From positions 1 to 39,560 of IMG/VR virus record IMGVR_UViG_3300017700_000621: a stretch of 39,560 nt of DNA; one strand, written 5' to 3'. This stretch comes from a virus. Its lineage: Duplodnaviria > Caudoviricetes. Positions 18,798 through 26,562 of the stretch are shown piece by piece. The notes under the pieces are model-generated. The model searched no databases. It saw nothing but the letters and a program-made list of their open reading frames with translations, and had not been told where the DNA came from. Both the position numbers and the translations under genes were made by a program. Each line of letters opens with the position of its first letter. The stretch's first letter is position 1.

Positions 18798-19473
18798 GGG
18801 CGGGGATCTCGAGGGTTTGCCACTTATCGGTTCCGTGATGGTGGCGGATGATGACGCCCGGGTGCAGCGGCCACAGGCGGGAATGATTCAGGCGTGCCGG
18901 CATGGCGTAGGCGCGGCCCTCGTCAGCTGCGCGATGCCAGAGGGCGGACCACACGAGTTGCGTCAGCAGCGGGTTGTCCGCGTGCCCGTCCAGCATCTGC
19001 GTGAAGGTGTCGTTGTAGGCGTGGACAAGCTGTTCGCGCTCGAGGGGCGTCGCCTCGCCGAAGTAGATCACGCCGGCGTTCAGCACGAACGGCGCGCCGC
19101 CTGCGTCCGGGGCCATGCCGATCCGGGCGCTGGCCGGCAGGCGGGCGAACTCGGCGGTCGGGTCGCGAAGCATCAGCGCATCCGAATCCATCACTACGAG
19201 CGGCCCGAGAAAGCGGGCGGCTTGGCAGATCAGCGCGCCCTGCACGTCGAACGGGTGGCCCTGGCGCAGCACGGGGGTGCTGAAGCGCAGGCAGGTGACG
19301 TTCCCACCGGGCGGCAAGATGCTCGCCGGGATCTCCGTGGTCATGTCCGTCAGGACGATGACAGGCAGCTGGCAGCCTGATTTCAGGTAGTAGGCCAGCC
19401 ACACTTCGACCATCCGCACCCACTTGGGCGAGGTTCCGAAGCAGGGGACGGCAAGGGTCAGCGGCTCGTTCAT
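18787..19473 (-). CDS. GT-A glycosyltransferase (GT8-like nucleotide-diphospho-sugar transferase)
   Basis: 'VIVLTD', 'LVVMDSDAL' (DxD), 'LNAGVIYF', 'ARLN' and 'IRHHHG..KW'. Start at MNEPL (19473) overlaps the upstream stop. Confidence 0.8.
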   Translation of the reverse strand: MNEPLTLAVPCFGTSPKWVRMVEVWLAYYLKSGCQLPVIVLTDMTTEIPASILPPGGNVTCLRFSTPVLRQGHPFDVQGALICQAARFLGPLVVMDSDALMLRDPTAEFARLPASARIGMAPDAGGAPFVLNAGVIYFGEATPLEREQLVHAYNDTFTQMLDGHADNPLLTQLVWSALWHRAADEGRAYAMPARLNHSRLWPLHPGVIIRHHHGTDKWQTLEIPAHAR

Positions 19474-19799
19474 CCGCGCTTCCTCGTAGCGTGCTCGGGC
19501 GTCCACTTCTCGCCCTTCATCGCAAGCTCGAGGCAGTAGGCGATGCCGCTCGTGGCGATCTGCACGACCACATAAGCGTCAACCTCGGGGCGTTCGGCGC
19601 GTGCCGCATACCACGCTTCCGTCGCCTTCAGGTTCTCGAGGAACAGGGCCAGGACGTCGGCCTGCTCTTTCGGCGGCGGGGAGATCAGGCCGCTACGGGC
19701 GGGCGGTTTGGGCGCTTCGTCTTTGCCGGCGCGCAGCGTCTTCGGCTGGCGGGCTGGCGCGTGCTCGTCGCGGTTCGTGGCTTTGGATGTCTCAGGCAT
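19470..19799 (-). CDS. Hypothetical protein, 109 aa
   Basis: ORF overlapping both neighbours by a few bases. Confidence 0.6.
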   Translation of the reverse strand: MPETSKATNRDEHAPARQPKTLRAGKDEAPKPPARSGLISPPPKEQADVLALFLENLKATEAWYAARAERPEVDAYVVVQIATSGIAYCLELAMKGEKWTPEHATRKRG

Positions 19800-19995
19800 C
19801 GGGATCTATGGGTTTAGGGTTGAACTCTGCCAAAATGTGCAGCGCGTGCGCCTCGGTGACGCGCTTGCGCCCCTGCTGCATGAACTGCTTGTGAATCGCG
19901 ATCATCCCCTTCGGGGTGATGACCGTGCCAGCCGGCAGGCTTTCGGTGATCTCCACCATGTCGCGGCGGATCGGCTGTTCCTCGGGATTCGTCAT
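19792..19995 (-). CDS. Hypothetical protein, 67 aa
   Basis: Short ORF with protein-like composition, overlapping the next gene by 8 nt. Confidence 0.6.
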   Translation of the reverse strand: MTNPEEQPIRRDMVEITESLPAGTVITPKGMIAIHKQFMQQGRKRVTEAHALHILAEFNPKPIDPDA

Positions 19996-20048
19996 CTGGA
20001 ATCCGGTTTACGGGTTGTCCTCGTGCGCCGCGACACTAAAACCGGGTC

Positions 20049-20468
20049 ATGCGATTGGATGCCGAAGCGAACCTGCAAGCCGAGTTCTACCACGCTTGCC
20101 GACTGATCGAACTGCCGTGCGTGCTCGAGGTATGCACCCCTGCGGGCCGGATTGATGCCGCGATACTGAACAAGGCGCGCACGCACCTGCTCGCCGTCGT
20201 GGAAGTGAAGCGCGACCGCTCGGCGTTCATGGACGGGCGTTCGAAGCAGATTCAGAGCTACAAGCAACTCGGCTTGCCCGTCTATGGGCTGGCCCAGGGC
20301 GACGATCCGCACCGGCTGGCGCGCTCGATTGCCACCGCCACAGCGGCGGACGCCGGCAAGACCATCCGCGAGATCATGGGCATGGGGCACATTCGCGAGA
20401 CGCGATTGCAGGGAAAACGCGAACGCCGCATCGCACGACTGCGCGAGAACTTGTGCATCCGTCCCTGA
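20049..20468 (+). CDS. PD-(D/E)xK nuclease (HsdR-N-like), antisense to the late operon
   Basis: 'EANLQ..LEV..GRIDAAI..VVEVK..QIQSY' catalytic pattern. Confidence 0.7.
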   Translation: MRLDAEANLQAEFYHACRLIELPCVLEVCTPAGRIDAAILNKARTHLLAVVEVKRDRSAFMDGRSKQIQSYKQLGLPVYGLAQGDDPHRLARSIATATAADAGKTIREIMGMGHIRETRLQGKRERRIARLRENLCIRP

Positions 20469-20533
20469 TTGGGGCTTGACACGCATGGGGCGAAATAGCC
20501 CTTAACATTCGCGCCCACCGGGAAACGTCGGCT

Positions 20534-21088
20534 TCACGCCTGTCGCCTCCGTTCCATTGCAGGCACGAGATCGTCGTCAGGTGGCAGCGGTTCCGTCCCT
20601 GCCGGCAGCGCCGCAGGTGCCACGGGAATGTCGATGGCCGCGTGTTCGTTCGGCCCTGGCAGCCCCGTCGTCTTCGCCATCCCCGCGAAAATCGCGAACA
20701 GCGTGATCTCGCCTTCCACGCGCACCGGCGCGTTGTCGCCCGTCATCTCGTTGTCCGTCTTCACCGCCAGGATGCGGGCGTGCTTCGGTGCCCGCGTGTC
20801 CTTCGCGATGCTGCCGAGGATCTGCCGCTTCTGATCGCGGGTCAGCAACGTCTCGCGCCTGCGCTCTTGCAGCGCGTCGGCGATGTAGTCCGCCACGTGG
20901 GGCAGATTGGCCGTGCGATAGGCTTCCGTGGACAGGGCGGGGCGGGACAGGGAACTCTGAGGGTATGCCAGCGCGTAGGCTTCAGACTTCTGCCGGCCCT
21001 CGATCACGTAGTCCGCGAACAGGCGCTGCGCTGGCGTAAGTGCGCGCTTGGGCGGGGTTTCCGGGGGTTTCTTGCGGGGCGCGGACAT
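20534..21088 (-). CDS. terS: Terminase small subunit
   Basis: 'LTPAQRLFADYVIEG..SEAYALAY..AYR..PHVADYI' HTH pattern followed by oligomerisation helices. Confidence 0.8.
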   Translation of the reverse strand: MSAPRKKPPETPPKRALTPAQRLFADYVIEGRQKSEAYALAYPQSSLSRPALSTEAYRTANLPHVADYIADALQERRRETLLTRDQKRQILGSIAKDTRAPKHARILAVKTDNEMTGDNAPVRVEGEITLFAIFAGMAKTTGLPGPNEHAAIDIPVAPAALPAGTEPLPPDDDLVPAMERRRQA

Positions 21089-21101
21089 GGGCGCGGGTGG
21101 G

Positions 21102-21464
21102 TCAGTTGCCGGTCGTGTCCACGAGGGACTTGAAATACCACGTCAGGACGTAGCGGAAGCCCTTCGTGTCCGTGGTCGGGTGGGTGAAGATGGCGATGGC
21201 CTCGCCGTCGAGGGTCAGCCAGTGGATGCCCTTTTTGACCATGACGCGGATGCGCGACTTCAGCAGGTCGGGCTGCGGGACGATGCCGAGCTTGGCGCGG
21301 ATGCACTCGGCGAAGAGGCGGTCTTTGGTGGCCTTGTAGTCGGCGGCGAGAAGGCGGGCGTGTTTGGCGCAGAGACGAGCGCCTTCGGCTTGGCCGACGT
21401 CGTGCCAGGATGCCTTGTGCTCGAGCCTATCCTTGGGTGTCAGGTGAATCATCGTGTGACCCAC
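21102..21464 (-). CDS. Hypothetical protein (start may be 21452)
   Basis: 120-aa ORF in operon spacing upstream of terS. Confidence 0.6.
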   Translation of the reverse strand: MGHTMIHLTPKDRLEHKASWHDVGQAEGARLCAKHARLLAADYKATKDRLFAECIRAKLGIVPQPDLLKSRIRVMVKKGIHWLTLDGEAIAIFTHPTTDTKGFRYVLTWYFKSLVDTTGN

Positions 21465-21530
21465 ACCTACGGGCGGGACGCGATGAATTCAAGACGCGAG
21501 TGGGGTGGGCACCTACCGGGCGGGGCTGGC

Positions 21531-22466
21531 CTATGCGGCGATCTTCAGGCGGCGCAGGATGACGTCGAGGGTCTTGCGCTGGCGAAGCTCGGGGTCGGCG
21601 ACGGAATACAGGGCCATCTCGTAGATGCGGTTCTTCGTGGGCGAGGACGTGCCGTTCCCGCTGCACGCCACGGTCAGCCCTGCCCCTCCGGTTGCAGATG
21701 ACAGATCGCCGGTCGTGGGCGCGCTGCGGTCTGCGCGAATGGACGAAGAAGCCCCGTTGAAAACGCAGGCGAGCACGGTGTCCGCCCCGATTGCGGGGGG
21801 AGCGCCGACGTTGATCGCCGACGCGCCGGCATAAATCGCGATGATGGGCGTCGAAGTGCGATGATAGACCTGCAACGTGCCGGATGTATTGCCGTCGAAC
21901 AGAATCCCGCCCCACTCGATTTGCCGTAATCCCGCGTAGAGTGTTTCCGGCTGCGCGAGGGTGAAGGTGCCCTTCACGAGATCGTCCTGCCCGTCCGACA
22001 GGGCGTAGGGGCGCGAGCCGGGCGAGTTGATCCAGAGCATTTGCTTCGAGGCGGTGGCCTGCGCGAGATGGTTGCCGTTGCCCGAAAGGTCGTTGAAGGA
22101 ACTGATGCGCGGCGCGTATTTGATGATCTTCATCGACCCGGCTGTGACCGCCACCGCGCCGTTCGCTGCCAGGACTGCGTTCGTGGCGTCCGTGATGGAG
22201 GCGATGACGCCGATCAGCGCGTCCGACGAGTTATAGACGGAATCACCGATGGCGAGTTCCTTCAGGAATTGCGTGCCAACGCCGACGAGGGCGGTGCTGA
22301 CGAGCGTGCTTGTGACCGTGCCAGTCGCGGCGAAGGCCGTGGTGTCGAGGGTGACGCCGAAGCCGTCCGCCAAGTTGTAGCGGCCCACGAGTCCGACGCG
22401 CCCTTCGCGCTCGAAATAGCGGAAGATCGGGTTCGCCAGAAAGCGATGACGGCGTGCGGGGTGCAT
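21531..22466 (-). CDS. LamG/concanavalin-A-like domain protein, probable virion appendage, 311 aa
   Basis: 'ISSFNDLSGNGNHLAQAT', 'DGQDD' and 'IYEMALY' are typical of phage LamG-like domains. Start re-assigned to MHPARRH (22466). Confidence 0.6.
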   Translation of the reverse strand: MHPARRHRFLANPIFRYFEREGRVGLVGRYNLADGFGVTLDTTAFAATGTVTSTLVSTALVGVGTQFLKELAIGDSVYNSSDALIGVIASITDATNAVLAANGAVAVTAGSMKIIKYAPRISSFNDLSGNGNHLAQATASKQMLWINSPGSRPYALSDGQDDLVKGTFTLAQPETLYAGLRQIEWGGILFDGNTSGTLQVYHRTSTPIIAIYAGASAINVGAPPAIGADTVLACVFNGASSSIRADRSAPTTGDLSSATGGAGLTVACSGNGTSSPTKNRIYEMALYSVADPELRQRKTLDVILRRLKIAA

Positions 22467-22473
22467 CCGCGTG

Positions 22474-23073
22474 TTACCCTTCGATGGCCGAGATCTTGGT
22501 GACGAAGACGGAACCGCTGGCGGGGGTGTAGCCACCGATGGTTTGCAGGACGCCGAAGAGGGACGTGCTGCCGGTGGCGAGCTTCACGCGCTTGTTCAGC
22601 TGCGCATTTTGCGAGTAGATCGTGGCCCCCAAGTCCTGCGGGGCGGCGAGGTCGATGTAGCCGAGATACTTGGCGCGGTCGGCGACGGTGCCGCCGAGGT
22701 TGAAGGCCGCATTGTCGAGGATCGCGGCGGGCGCGGCGTTGTAGAGATGCAGCCGGAAGGTCGTCATGCCCGAGATCACGGCGGCGATGTCGATCTCGAG
22801 ATCCACGTCCGTGATCGTCACGTAGCCACCGGACGGCCCGATGCTCGTGAACTCTTGGATCGCGCTGCCCGGGCTGCCGGCAGCGTCCGCGCCGATGACG
22901 TCCAGGGCGGTGTAGAGGTTCGTGTCCGCCGTGCGGGCGAGCGACACGCTGGCGAAGAAGGCGGCGGCGGCGACAAGCAGGGCTTCGGACCCGGCGATGC
23001 CGCTCGTCATCGGCGTGCCATCGGGGCCGGGGCGGCAGAGGGTGACGCGGGTGGGATAGATGGGGGCGCTCAT
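22474..23073 (-). CDS. Putative virion structural protein, 199 aa; first gene of the late arm
   Basis: MSAPIYPT... is preceded by AGGAG; beta-rich ('YTALDVIG', 'FRLHLYNAAP..DNAAF'). Confidence 0.6.
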   Translation of the reverse strand: MSAPIYPTRVTLCRPGPDGTPMTSGIAGSEALLVAAAAFFASVSLARTADTNLYTALDVIGADAAGSPGSAIQEFTSIGPSGGYVTITDVDLEIDIAAVISGMTTFRLHLYNAAPAAILDNAAFNLGGTVADRAKYLGYIDLAAPQDLGATIYSQNAQLNKRVKLATGSTSLFGVLQTIGGYTPASGSVFVTKISAIEG

Positions 23074-23520
23074 GTTCTTCGTTCTCCTGTTGCTGACTGC
23101 GATCCTTTGAGCCGGCCCGGGACATCCGGGGTTCGGATGAACGACTGATGGACTCGCCGGCTGCGCGAGGCAAGCCAGTTCGGGGATGACGAACCGAGGC
23201 ATTTACTCACACCCCACCCTAGCGGGCGAGGTGGCACGTGCCATTCAGAGGGCACCCTGATCCATCCCGCTCGGCTGGCGCACAGGCACACGGGTGTCAT
23301 GGATCGGCTCACGCGAATTGCTTCGCAGCTATTTATGCGGGTCTGGAGTTGAGGCGTTGAACGCTCCCGCTACCGATTCGAACAAGATCCTCGGGCTACT
23401 CTCACCTGTGGTTTCGCGTTGCACCGCTAGCCATCCGGCTACCATCGCCCTCGGAAAGTCACTACCGCACCTTGTCCATTTGCAGGGGGTCGCGGTTCGC
23501 CGCTCCGTTACGAGGAGCCT

Positions 23521-23612
23521 ACGTAGTCGATCAGGACTGAGACGGACGAAGGGGAAAAAGATGAAGCCCGTCAAGATTTCTCTCGGCGGGCCTCAAATTT
23601 GATCGACTACGT
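23521..23612. repeat. Perfect 13-bp inverted repeat with a 66-bp spacer
   Basis: ACGTAGTCGATCA (23521-23533) and TGATCGACTACGT (23600-23612). Confidence 0.9.
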
Positions 23613-23674
23613 GCGCCGGATATATCGGGCGGTTCGCGCCAGCCTGCAAATCTTTTTTCATAGGGGAAAACCTG

Positions 23675-23721
23675 CTTTTTCGAAAAAGAGCTTGCTACCG
23701 CCGTAGGTGCCGCCGTATAGC
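23675..23721 (+). promoter_or_regulatory. Putative sigma70-type early promoter with operator-like elements
   Basis: TTGCTA (23692)-18 nt-TATAGC (23716); upstream palindrome CTTTTTCGAAAAAG (23675-23688); CCGCCGTA direct repeat overlapping the spacer; ~75 nt before the first early gene. Confidence 0.5.
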
Positions 23722-23796
23722 AGTTGCACACGATTGGTTCCCGGCCCGCCACGCACTCCGCGAATGGGCCGAAAAGTTAGGTCCGTCTTCATCATC

Positions 23797-24240
23797 ATGT
23801 CATCATCCAGCTGTTCAGGTGAATCCGCCGCGCACGAGGCCGGCGCGCACGACATGTGCGCCTGCGCCGACTGCCACCGCCACTTTCCGGGCGGCGAGCT
23901 TCGCGTCTATCCGCACGGCAACGTCTGCGACGAGTGCCATGACGAGCGCCAGGATCGCGGCATCGACCGCGAGGCGTTCGGCGTGTCGCCGCGTGAGCCG
24001 CAGCCCGAGCCCGTCCACAGGAACCCGCTCTATTGCCACTATCAGGACTGCGCGGCGCGGGCGTTCGCCCACGGCTTCGTCCACTTCGGCCACGCGATCC
24101 GCGTCGTGTGCGCGATGGAGTTCGGCCTGCCGATCCCTGCCGCGCCGGCCCCGCGCCCGTCGTTCATGCCGGACCCCGACAGCGACGCGGGCCGCGAACT
24201 CGCCGCCTACTACGACCGGCCCGGCTACAAGGGGGACTGA
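23797..24240 (+). CDS. Early protein with a Cys/His zinc-finger-like motif, 147 aa
   Basis: CADC and CDEC pairs; ATG at 23797. Confidence 0.6.
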   Translation: MSSSSCSGESAAHEAGAHDMCACADCHRHFPGGELRVYPHGNVCDECHDERQDRGIDREAFGVSPREPQPEPVHRNPLYCHYQDCAARAFAHGFVHFGHAIRVVCAMEFGLPIPAAPAPRPSFMPDPDSDAGRELAAYYDRPGYKGD

Positions 24241-24476
24241 TGAACACCGTGCCCGCATCCATCGAACTCGCGTGCCTATTCCCGCCCGACCGTGGCCTGA
24301 AGGGTGCCTGCACCACCATCGCCGATCTGCCGAGCCGCTTCATGTGGCCCGCCTATCCGTCCAAGTGGCTCGCCGTCCGCACCATCGTCAAGGCCAACCT
24401 CGAACGGAACGTCGCCTACGGCCACGGCAACCGGGCCAAGCTCCGCATCGCAAACCGTCAATACATCACCGAATGA
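24240..24476 (+). CDS. Hypothetical protein, 78 aa
   Basis: MNTVPASIEL...; overlaps both neighbours (TGATG and ATGA). Confidence 0.6.
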   Translation: MNTVPASIELACLFPPDRGLKGACTTIADLPSRFMWPAYPSKWLAVRTIVKANLERNVAYGHGNRAKLRIANRQYITE

Positions 24477-25138
24477 AAACCCTCCGCCCGAAGCGTGACC
24501 TCGAACGCGACCTGAAACGGGGCAAGTTCATCCTGAACCCCGCCTATCAAGAAACCGAAGCCGACAAGAAGGAGGCGCGGGAAAACTTCTGGACGCACCC
24601 GTTCGCGACACACGCCGATTTCGAGAACGCATTTCCCGAGGACTTCGGGAAGAAGCTCCCGCCTGAAGGCAAGTGGGTCCAGGTCATGCGCCCGCCGCAT
24701 TGCGAGATCACCGTCCCGCCGTTCTCCATTTGGTTCGCGATCCCTTGGGCCGATGGCGACAACTTCGCCAGTCGCGTGAAGATCGTGACGCCTGCCGGCA
24801 CGCTCGGGCTGTGGCCGAACGAATACAGCGTGATCGAAGACGTGACGAAATACTTCGGTCGCGAAAGCGAAGGCATCATCCTGCATCAGATGAACGACCG
24901 GCCCGTGTGCCCGGTGGACAGCCTGTTCTACCTCATGTCCAGGGGCATCCCGCGCCGCGCCGCGATCTTGCTTCTGATTAACGACATCAAAGACCCGACG
25001 TGCCTGTGGCTCGAGTTCGCTCCGCAGTATGGCGAGCACTTCGGGCGCGACTGGCCATCGACGTCCTACTGCCCCTTTGCCACGCCCCGCGATCAGTGGG
25101 TGGCTGAATCCGAGTCGCAACTGTTGACGAAATCCTGA
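24473..25138 (+). CDS. Hypothetical protein with a SufB/SufD-like C-terminal helical motif, 221 aa
   Basis: MKTLRPKRD... contains 'DSLFYLMSRGIPRRAAILLLI'. Confidence 0.7.
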   Translation: MKTLRPKRDLERDLKRGKFILNPAYQETEADKKEARENFWTHPFATHADFENAFPEDFGKKLPPEGKWVQVMRPPHCEITVPPFSIWFAIPWADGDNFASRVKIVTPAGTLGLWPNEYSVIEDVTKYFGRESEGIILHQMNDRPVCPVDSLFYLMSRGIPRRAAILLLINDIKDPTCLWLEFAPQYGEHFGRDWPSTSYCPFATPRDQWVAESESQLLTKS

Positions 25139-25141
25139 CCC

Positions 25142-25522
25142 ATGAAAAAGACCACCCTCCACGCCCGCACAGTCGCGGCCATGAATCGCGCCGGCCTGTC
25201 CGACATGCACGGCGAACTCTACAACACGCACGGCCCCGAGATCGTTCGCTTCGTGCTCCGCATGGCTCGCCGCCACCTGCGCCCCACGATCAGCAAAGCC
25301 CCCGCCGATGGCGTCCCGCTCGTGCTGATGGGCGAACGCTCGTTCCCGTCGCTGCACTACACGGTCGGCAGCATGGGCAAGGGGAAGAACAAAATCCGCG
25401 TCGCGATGGCGATGAACTTCTCGTGCTTCTACTTCTTCGTCGGCAAGCGCATCGTCGTGATGCCGACGACAAAACTCTGCGAAGCCATCGGCCCCCGTGT
25501 GGTCGCGCTCGCGAAAGCCTGA
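25142..25522 (+). CDS. Hypothetical protein, 126 aa
   Basis: ORF in tight operon spacing. Confidence 0.7.
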   Translation: MKKTTLHARTVAAMNRAGLSDMHGELYNTHGPEIVRFVLRMARRHLRPTISKAPADGVPLVLMGERSFPSLHYTVGSMGKGKNKIRVAMAMNFSCFYFFVGKRIVVMPTTKLCEAIGPRVVALAKA

Positions 25523-25526
25523 CGCC

Positions 25527-25790
25527 ATGAAGAACATCCGCACCGAAATCCACATCACCGTCGCGACCTTCGTGGGCGAAGACGTCGGCCAGGACAAGCC
25601 GCCTCTGTCCCGCACGCCCGATAACGTCGAAGCGATCTCGCTCGTGCGCGTGTCGTCCATCAGCGCGCTGACGGAATACCTGAAGACGCCAGCCGCTGCC
25701 GGCTATAACCACGCGCAGGGGATGCTCGAATCCCTCGCCAGCACGCTACCGCACCGCGTCCAGAACGGCCTGAAGCATTTGCAACCATAA
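25527..25790 (+). CDS. Hypothetical protein, 87 aa
   Basis: MKNIRTEIH... starts 4 nt after the previous stop. Confidence 0.65.
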   Translation: MKNIRTEIHITVATFVGEDVGQDKPPLSRTPDNVEAISLVRVSSISALTEYLKTPAAAGYNHAQGMLESLASTLPHRVQNGLKHLQP

Positions 25791-25804
25791 CCCAACACCC
25801 ACCC

Positions 25805-26188
25805 ATGTCCAAAACCGCCATCCACACGCCAGCCGGCCACGTCTTCCTCGACATCAAAAAGCACTTCGCTGCGAACCGCATCAGCGCCGAGCTTCTGAAG
25901 ACGATGGACAAGGCGCAGCTGACCACCGAACTCGACAAGCAGACCGGCGATCTCGTCGTGAAGCTGACCGCCCGCATGGCGGGGAAGATCTTCGACCGGA
26001 AGGAACACTACTATCCGTCCGATTGGTGGCAGGCGTTCAAGGAACGCTGGCTGACCTCCGCGCTGTCGAAGCGCGTCTTCGGCCCCGTCCGCTACACGCT
26101 GATCGCGATGCAGGCGGAAGCCACCTACCCGTCCATCCACGTTCCCAACCACAACCCCTTCGTGCAAGTCACGATGAAGAAACAGTGA
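25805..26188 (+). CDS. Hypothetical protein, 127 aa
   Basis: Preceded by AACACCCACCC; contains 'YPSDWWQAFKERW'. Confidence 0.7.
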   Translation: MSKTAIHTPAGHVFLDIKKHFAANRISAELLKTMDKAQLTTELDKQTGDLVVKLTARMAGKIFDRKEHYYPSDWWQAFKERWLTSALSKRVFGPVRYTLIAMQAEATYPSIHVPNHNPFVQVTMKKQ

Positions 26189-26499
26189 AAACCGCCACCA
26201 CCACATCACCCAAGCCCAAGTTCGAGAAGCGCGGCGCGCCGTTTGACGAGCCGCTTCCCCCCACCGTCCCGCACCCGAACATGAAGGGCAGCGAGCCGCG
26301 CACCCGCCTCGCTGGCGGTCCCTTCGTGGACACGACCACCACGCTCGCGCAGTTCACGGCATGGGCGAAGTCCGGCGTCAGCCAGGGCGTCATCATCGAC
26401 CGCCTGACGCAGCACGCGCTGAAGACGGACTTCGATCCGGTCACGAACTCCTATTCCCCAAAAGTCAGCCCCGGCGCTCCGAAGAGCCACCGGGGCTAA
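26185..26499 (+). CDS. Small protein, possibly a ribbon-helix-helix regulator, 104 aa
   Basis: GTG start overlapping the upstream TGA; 'RTRL..VDTTT..F..WAKSGVSQGVIIDRL' resembles an RHH pattern. Confidence 0.45.
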   Translation: MKTATTTSPKPKFEKRGAPFDEPLPPTVPHPNMKGSEPRTRLAGGPFVDTTTTLAQFTAWAKSGVSQGVIIDRLTQHALKTDFDPVTNSYSPKVSPGAPKSHRG

Positions 26500-26562
26500 C
26501 CCACGATTGGTAGATTCATCATCTGCCGGTCGCATCCATCCCACACCCAACCCGTTAAATCA

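Noticed and set aside
17467-19473. Glycosyltransferases as a DNA hypermodification system
   Set aside because: Ranked lower rather than excluded: no base-hydroxymethylating enzyme or phage polymerase, a late-arm location, and apparent restriction-site avoidance.
20476-20508. TTGACA promoter on the + strand
   Set aside because: The nearest -10-like TAACAT is about 21 nt away and no + strand gene follows; at most an antisense promoter.
23144-23175. Hammerhead-like CTGATG-stem segment (also CTGAGA...CGAA near 23537)
   Set aside because: The core does not match CUGANGA...GAAA and flanking stems I and III are missing.
23074-23796. tRNA, tmRNA or CRISPR array in the control region
   Set aside because: No cloverleaf with a T-loop and acceptor stem, and no regularly spaced direct repeats.
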